DNA from: the human T2T-CHM13v2.0 reference genome, Homo sapiens
Reading direction: 5' to 3' (one strand)
Assembly (NCBI RefSeq): GCF_009914755.1
Contig: NC_060936.1
Length of the DNA: 64,000 nt
The notes below the pieces were generated by a model. That model saw only the letters and a program-made list of their open reading frames with translations. It made no database searches and was not told the origin of the DNA. A program made the position numbers and the translations under genes. Each line of letters opens with the position of its first letter. Position 1 is the first letter of the stretch. Below, in pieces: positions 57,865-64,000 of this stretch.

Positions 57865-58081
57865 ATATATATTCTGATAAATATATATGCCTGATATATA
57901 TTTTATATATATATTATATATATATATAATATATATACATCTCAGATTGCCTTCAGATTGGAACTGGAACATTAGCTCTCCTGGTCTCCAGCCTGATGTC
58001 ATATATTTTATATCTATCTATCTATATCTATATCTATATCTATATAGATAGATAGATAGAGAGATATATATATATATGACA
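57774..58081. repeat. Inverted duplication (52/53-bp arms) plus TA/GATA microsatellite palindrome
   Basis: 57774-57826 is the reverse complement of 57946-57997 with ~4 differences; tgtcatatat...atatatgaca at 57997-58081. Confidence 0.9.
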
Positions 58082-61000
58082 GCTAAGGATCACTGGGTGT
58101 AACGAAAGCCTTGATATAAAAGTAGTGGCCAAAAAAGAAAAAGGAAAAGTGGATTACCTCTGCTTTCATAACACAAGAAGCAGAAGAAAGTGTCAAAACA
58201 AACAAACAAAAAAACCCTCTAGTATCTTCATAGAGAGAAGTTATCACATCAATGAAATAAAAACAGGATGCTTTAAAAAAAAAAGAGAGAGGAAACTTTT
58301 TGTTGTTATAAGCATTCTAATATTATTTGACCATTTAAATTATTCCTAGAATAGTTTCATAAGAATAAAATCAAATTAAAGAATAAATTTACTCCAACAT
58401 AAAAGTTAAAATTCAGTAAATATTTCCAAATTTCTTCTGGCAAGGAACTTCTGCCTTTCTGTTTACCGAGTCTCAGGACAAAAGCCTTCTAATGGCTTTC
58501 TCCCCATCTCCACTGTCAGAATAGCAGTTCTCTGTCCCCATCAGGATACCTCAGAGATCCTGGACTTCATATTCAAAAGAACAGATGGGAAGCAGTCACT
58601 GTAGACCCTTCATCTTAATTGTCTCAACAGATTTTGGCAGTGTGTTGTTTTCTCTATGATCATTTCTACAGAAGCAAATTCTGTCAATCACCTAGATGTT
58701 TTTAGTATGCATAAGGTTGCCATGCCTTTGCCTGTGTCTTATTATCCACAAACATGAGGTCTTTTGATATCACACTTTCATCTATTCAATCATTCGTTCA
58801 TCCAAACAATAATCCTAAATGAGCTCCTACTATGTACCAGATGCTTACTATTGCATTTTGTAAAATTATTTTTCTGCTATGCATGATTTCCCTACTTAGA
58901 GATCAGAGCAAAGAAATCCTGTGCAAATGTTCTGCCCAAAACTCTGGGAGGTGAAACCTCGCAGAGGCTCTCTGCACTTCTGACAGGAGGTCAGCAAGAC
59001 AAAGGACTGTTTGGGATGCCAAGAACAGAGAGGACCTGAGGCAAAACCACCGGGCAGAATTGTGTGGAAGGCTTTCAAGTTTTCCTGTGCCTTTGCATGT
59101 CTACAACATATTTTGAAATCTTTCAGCATAACCAATGTAATATTATATAGATTTTGGTTTCAGTTGTAACCCAAGGTTCGGTTAGGTACCCAGATCACGA
59201 ACTAAAATCTCAGGAGTAGTCAGCTGGCATTCCAATCAGAAAGCTCACACTTCAGAGACAGTCAATATGAACATACACTTTCTGCTATTCATGTCTCCAT
59301 CAATATTAGAAGCTTTTCTACTTGGCATAATAAATGTTAAAAATGGGGTGTCATTGTGGAAATTAGTGAACTTCAAGATAACTTGTTCAATGAACAGAAT
59401 GAGAAAATCCACCCAGATTTATAATCTGTCTCCTTAAGGATAACACCTGAAAACTTCACCCTTAAATGAACCTGTGTCCAATCATTGAGTCAGAAAATTC
59501 CTGCTTTCCTGATGCCAACTTATGGGCACAGGATTCTGCTGCCTCTGGCTATTGTTGCATTCAAGTAAATACTTCATGTAAACTTTTCATACAAAGAAGT
59601 AGTTGGAGCACCCAAAGAACAGAGAGCTAGGACTTCATTAATCTTACAGAACAGTTAGTATAAATATTTTGGGGTCTGCTCACTATTAAGTATTTTTTTC
59701 AGTAAGGTCTGTATTTGTGGCATAATTTTTGGAGAGTGACACTATTTCATGGTTGTTACTACTGTATACTAAAATAATCTAAGGCTGTGCAAAACCAAAC
59801 TGGTTTAGGTTAACAACAGCCCCCATGGAAGGCACAGAATTAGTTGACGGAATGAAGACCTCTGAAGGAATTTTGTGGTCATGACAAGGGCGTGGTGCTC
59901 CATAAGGACCTTGAGTCATACAGCTGGGGATTAGTAAGAACATAAGTATTTCAATGGAAACTACTGGAAAGCAGGGACTAAGTCTGGAAACCACACAGGA
60001 CAATCTCACAGATGACAGCGTGTACAACTACTGACCATGGCCCGGGTACCTCCTACTTCCCTGGGGCCATGAGGTTAGTTAAATTCAGTGAGGGAAAATG
60101 AAGTGAAGGACTGCCAGAAATTGACTAAAATTATGGTTACTTCCATTAGGAAGAATAGAGTCTCTAGAGAGATATCAAATTGGAATTTAAAAAACATTTT
60201 AATAATTTTCCTTCCTTACATATCTAAGTCTTGGGTTTTGAGGAATTCATACTCACTATATTCCATGCAAGGAAGAAAAATTCTGTCTCTCTTCATGTTT
60301 ATCTAAAATACCTTTTATTTTAAGGCTTAACACTAACGGTTACATTTTCTCCTCCAGTAGCTCTTCAGAAGTGACTTCATGAGAATCTTTTTAGTGACCC
60401 AAAGTCTGGTCCAACAATCAAGAGAATATTAATGTCTTTTATATTAGTCCATTTTTACACTGCTTTAAAGAACTACCTGAGACTGGGTAATTTATAAAGA
60501 AAGGAGGTTTCATTGAATCACAGTTCTGCATGGCTGGGGAGGCCTCAGGAGATTTACAATCTTGGGGGAAGGCAAAGGGGAAGCAAGCACATCTTACATG
60601 GCTGCAGGAAGCAGTGGGGGGAACTGCCAAACACTTTTAAACCATCAGATCTCATGAGAACACACTCACTATCATGAGAACGGCATGGGAGAAACTGCCC
60701 CTATGATCCAATCACCTCCCACCAGGTCCCTTCCTCTATACCTGGGGATTACAGTTCAAGATGAGATTTGGGTGGGGACACAGAACCAAACCACATCATC
60801 CCACCCCTAGTGCCTCCAAAATCTCATGTCCTTCTCACATTTCAAAACACAATGATGCCTTCCCAACAGTCCCCCAGAGTCTTAACTCATTTCAGCATTA
60901 ATCCAAAAGTGAAAGTCCAAAGTCTCATCGAGGCAAGGGAAGTCCCTTCCACCTATGAGCCTGTAAAATCAAAAGCAAGTTAGCCACTACAAAGATAAAA

Positions 61001-61292
61001 TGGGGATATAGGCATTGGGTAAATGCTCCTATTCCAAATGGGAGAAATCAGCTAAAACCAAGGGGCTAGAGGCCCCATGAAAGTCAGGAACCCAACAGGG
61101 CAATCTTTATATCTTAAAGCTCCAAAATAATCTCCTTTTAACTCCATGTCTCACACTCAGGGCATATTGATGCAAGAGATGGGTTCCCAAGGCCTTGGGT
61201 AACTCTGTCCCTGTGGTTCTGCAGGGTACAGCCTCTGAGACTGTTTTCATGGGCTGGTGTTGAGTGCTTGTGGCTTTTCCAGGTGCACAGTG

Positions 61293-62035
61293 CTAGCTGT
61301 TAGTAGATCTCCCATTCTGGGGTCTGGAGGATGATGGCCCCTTTCTCACAGATCCACTAGGCAGTGCCCCAGTGGGGACTCTGTGTTGGGTCTCCAACCC
61401 CACATTTCCCCTCTGCGTTGCCCTAGTAGAGCTTCTCCATGAGGGCTCCACTCCTGTAACAGACTTCTGCCTGAACTTCCAGGCATTTCCGTACATCCTC
61501 TGAAATCTAGATGGAGGCTCCGAAAGCTCAACTCTTGTTTTCTGCATACCCACATACCCAACACCACCTGGAAGCCACCAAGGTTTGGGGTTTGCACACT
61601 CTGAAGCAATGACCCAACTGTACCTTGGCCCATTTTAACCACAGCTGGAACTGGAGCAACTGGGACACAGGCCGCCATGTCTCAAGGCCGTACAGAGCAG
61701 CAGGGCCCTGGGCCTGGCCCACAAAACCGTTTTTTCCTCCTAGACCACTGGGCTTGTGATGGGAGGGGCTGCCATGAAGATCTCTGAAATGCCCTGGAGA
61801 CATTTTTCCCATTGTCTTGGCTGTTATCGTTCAGCTTCTCTTTACTTATGCAAATTTCTGCAGCTCGTTGCTTGAATTTCTCCCTAGAAAATGAGTTTTT
61901 CTTTTCTACCATATGATCAGGCTGCAAATTTTCCAAACTTTTATGCTCTGCTTCCCTTTTAAACATAAGTTCTAATTCCAGAACATCTCCTTGTGAACAC
62001 ATATGATTTAACGCTTTTAGGAACAGCCAGGTCAC
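61293..62035 (-). pseudogene. Disrupted MaLR internal ORF remnants
   Basis: LELELMFKREAEHKSLENLQPDH and FQRMYGNAW are typical THE1/MST-int ORF peptides, here split across frames. Confidence 0.75.
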
Positions 62036-62207
62036 ATCTTGAATCTCTGCTGTTTAGAAATTTATTCTACCAGATACCCTAAATCATCTCTCTCAAGTTC
62101 AAAGTTCCACAGATCTCTAACGCAGGGGCAAAATGCCACTAGTCTCTTTGATAAAGCATAGCAAAAGTAACCTTTGCTCCAGTTCCAATAAATTCCTCAT
62201 CTCCATC

Positions 62208-62573
62208 TGATATGATTTGGCTCTTGGTCCTCACCCAAATCTCATCTTGAATTGTAATCTGCATGTGTCAAGGGAGAAACCTAATGGAATGTTATTGGAT
62301 TGTGGGGGCAGTTTCCCTCATGCTGTTCTTGTGATAGTGAGTGAGTCTCACAAGATCTGATGGTTTTAAAAGTGGCAGTTTTTCTTCTGCTTGCACTTCA
62401 CTTCTCTCACCTGCCACCATGTGAGACATGTCTGCTTTTGCTTCTCCCGTGATTGTAAGTTTCCTGAGGCCTCCCCAACCATGGGGAACTGTGAGTCAAT
62501 TAAACCTCTTTTCTTTATAAATCACCCAGTCTTGGGTATTTCTTTATAGCAGTGCAAAAAATGGACTAATACA
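62208..62573 (+). mobile_element. THE1D-like solo LTR nested antisense in the THE1D internal region
   Basis: tgatatgatttggct...tggactaataca; TSD ccatc/acatc. Confidence 0.9.
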
Positions 62574-63216
62574 ACATCTGAGACCACCTCAGCCTGGACT
62601 TCATTGTCCATATCACTATCAGAATTTTGGTCAAAACCATTCAACAAGTCTCTAGGAAGTTCCAAACTATCCTACATCTTCCTGTCATCTTCTGAGCCCT
62701 CCAAACTGTTCCAACCTCTGCTCATTACCCAGTTCCGAAGTCACTTCCACATTTTCAGATATCTTTATAGCAGTGCCCCACTTCTCTCAGTACCAATTTT
62801 CTGTATGAGTCCATTTTTACACTGCTATAAAGACCTACTTGAGACTGGGTAAATTATAAAGAAAAGAGGTTTAATTGACTCACACTTCCACATGGCTGAG
62901 GAGGCCTCCGGAAACTTACAATCATGGTGGAAGGCAAAGGGGAAGCAAGCACATCTTACATGGCAGCAGGGGGAAGGGGAAGCTGCCAAACACTTTAAAC
63001 CATCAGATCTCATGAAAACTCACTTGCTATCATGAGAACAGCATGGGGAAAACCACCCCATGATCCAATCACCTCCCACCAGGTTCCTCCCTCAACACGT
63101 GGCGATTACAGTTCGAGACGAGATTTGGGTGGGGACACAAAGCCAAACTACATCATCTTCTAAAACATCTATTTCTTTTCAGAAAGGGTGTCTTTTTAAA
63201 ATTGATACATAATAAT

Positions 63217-63985
63217 TGTATTCAAATGTCTTCACTTCTGACAACAGACGAGTGGGATTTTCCAAGCAATTCTCCAACTCTCTGCAGACCCAACTGGTGT
63301 CCTACAATTTAGCTTCTGTCACAATCTACCTGGAGATCCACAGTTTTAAGGGCTCACTCCCACAAGACTGCCCCACACTACCACTTGATACTTCAGGTTA
63401 TCACCTGTAATTTGACCAACTGGCTGTAAATCAGAGGTTCCCACGACCCCTTCCTCAGATTTGATTATTTGCTATGGCGGCTCACAGAACTCAGGAAAGC
63501 ACTTTACTTACTGTTACCCATTTATTATAAAAAGGATCCAACTCAGGAAGCCAAATAGAAGAGATGCATAGGCTCAGGTATGTGGGAAGGGATGTGGAAC
63601 TTCCATGCCCCCAATAGATGTGCCACCCTTTCAGCACTTTTATGTTGGAAGCTCCCCAGACCTTCTCCTTTTGAGGTTTAGGGGAGGATTCACTGGGCAT
63701 CGTTAATTAAATCACTGGCCATTGCTTATTGAATCAATCTCCAGTTCTTCTCACCTCCCTTAGGTCAGGAGGTGGGGCTAAAAGTTTCAACCTTGTAATC
63801 ACGTGGTTGGTTCACCCTGGCAACAAGCCCCCACTGGACACTTTCCAGGAGCCCCAGCCACCAATCATCTCATTAGCACACAAAAGACACCAACCACTTC
63901 TCAAATTCCAAGACTCATAGGAGCTGTGTGCCAGGAAACTACAAAGACCTAGTATATACTTCTTATTGTAAATCATAATATCACA
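63217..63985 (-). mobile_element. MER21A-like LTR
   Basis: ttaagggctcactcccacaagactgcccc...ctcacagaactcagg...aaatcataatatcaca. Confidence 0.8.
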
Positions 63986-64000
63986 CTTAAAATCAGGGAG

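Larger units (their letters stand above)
60440..63155 (-). mobile_element. Complete THE1D-type MaLR element (LTR-internal-LTR)
   Basis: LTRs 60440-60798 and 62802-63155, MaLR internal sequence between, TSD tcttt/tcttc. Confidence 0.9.

Overview
Primate genomic DNA, almost certainly human because it carries a young AluYb8 at 29.2 kb. It is AT-rich, has no CpG island and no recognisable protein-coding gene. Well over half is transposable-element relic: about 17 Alu/FLAM elements, about 30 ERV1/ERVL/MaLR LTRs (several nested, with intact target-site duplications), a complete THE1D-type LTR-int-LTR element, L1/L2/MIR fragments, MER2/MER5/MER44A/MADE2 DNA-transposon relics and an ancient tRNA-headed MamSINE1-like element. 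Most listed ORFs are Alu/LTR/L1/microsatellite read-throughs; the rest have no recognisable product. I find no support for a new multi-gene system. The best leads are: (1) a templated-insertion patchwork at 15.1-15.5 kb where a fold-back hairpin seeded a 43-bp minisatellite; (2) a second double fold-back scar at 57.8-58.1 kb; (3) a dense ERV1 LTR cluster at 7.7-13.1 kb with intact tandem STAT GAS sites (MER41B) and an HRE core (LTR2C); (4) a 168-nt frame-preserving candidate exon on the minus strand at 1363-1530; (5) a 60-bp orphan retro-insertion with a 14-bp TSD. Repeat names come from my recollection of consensus sequences, not from a RepeatMasker run, and boundaries without TSDs are approximate.
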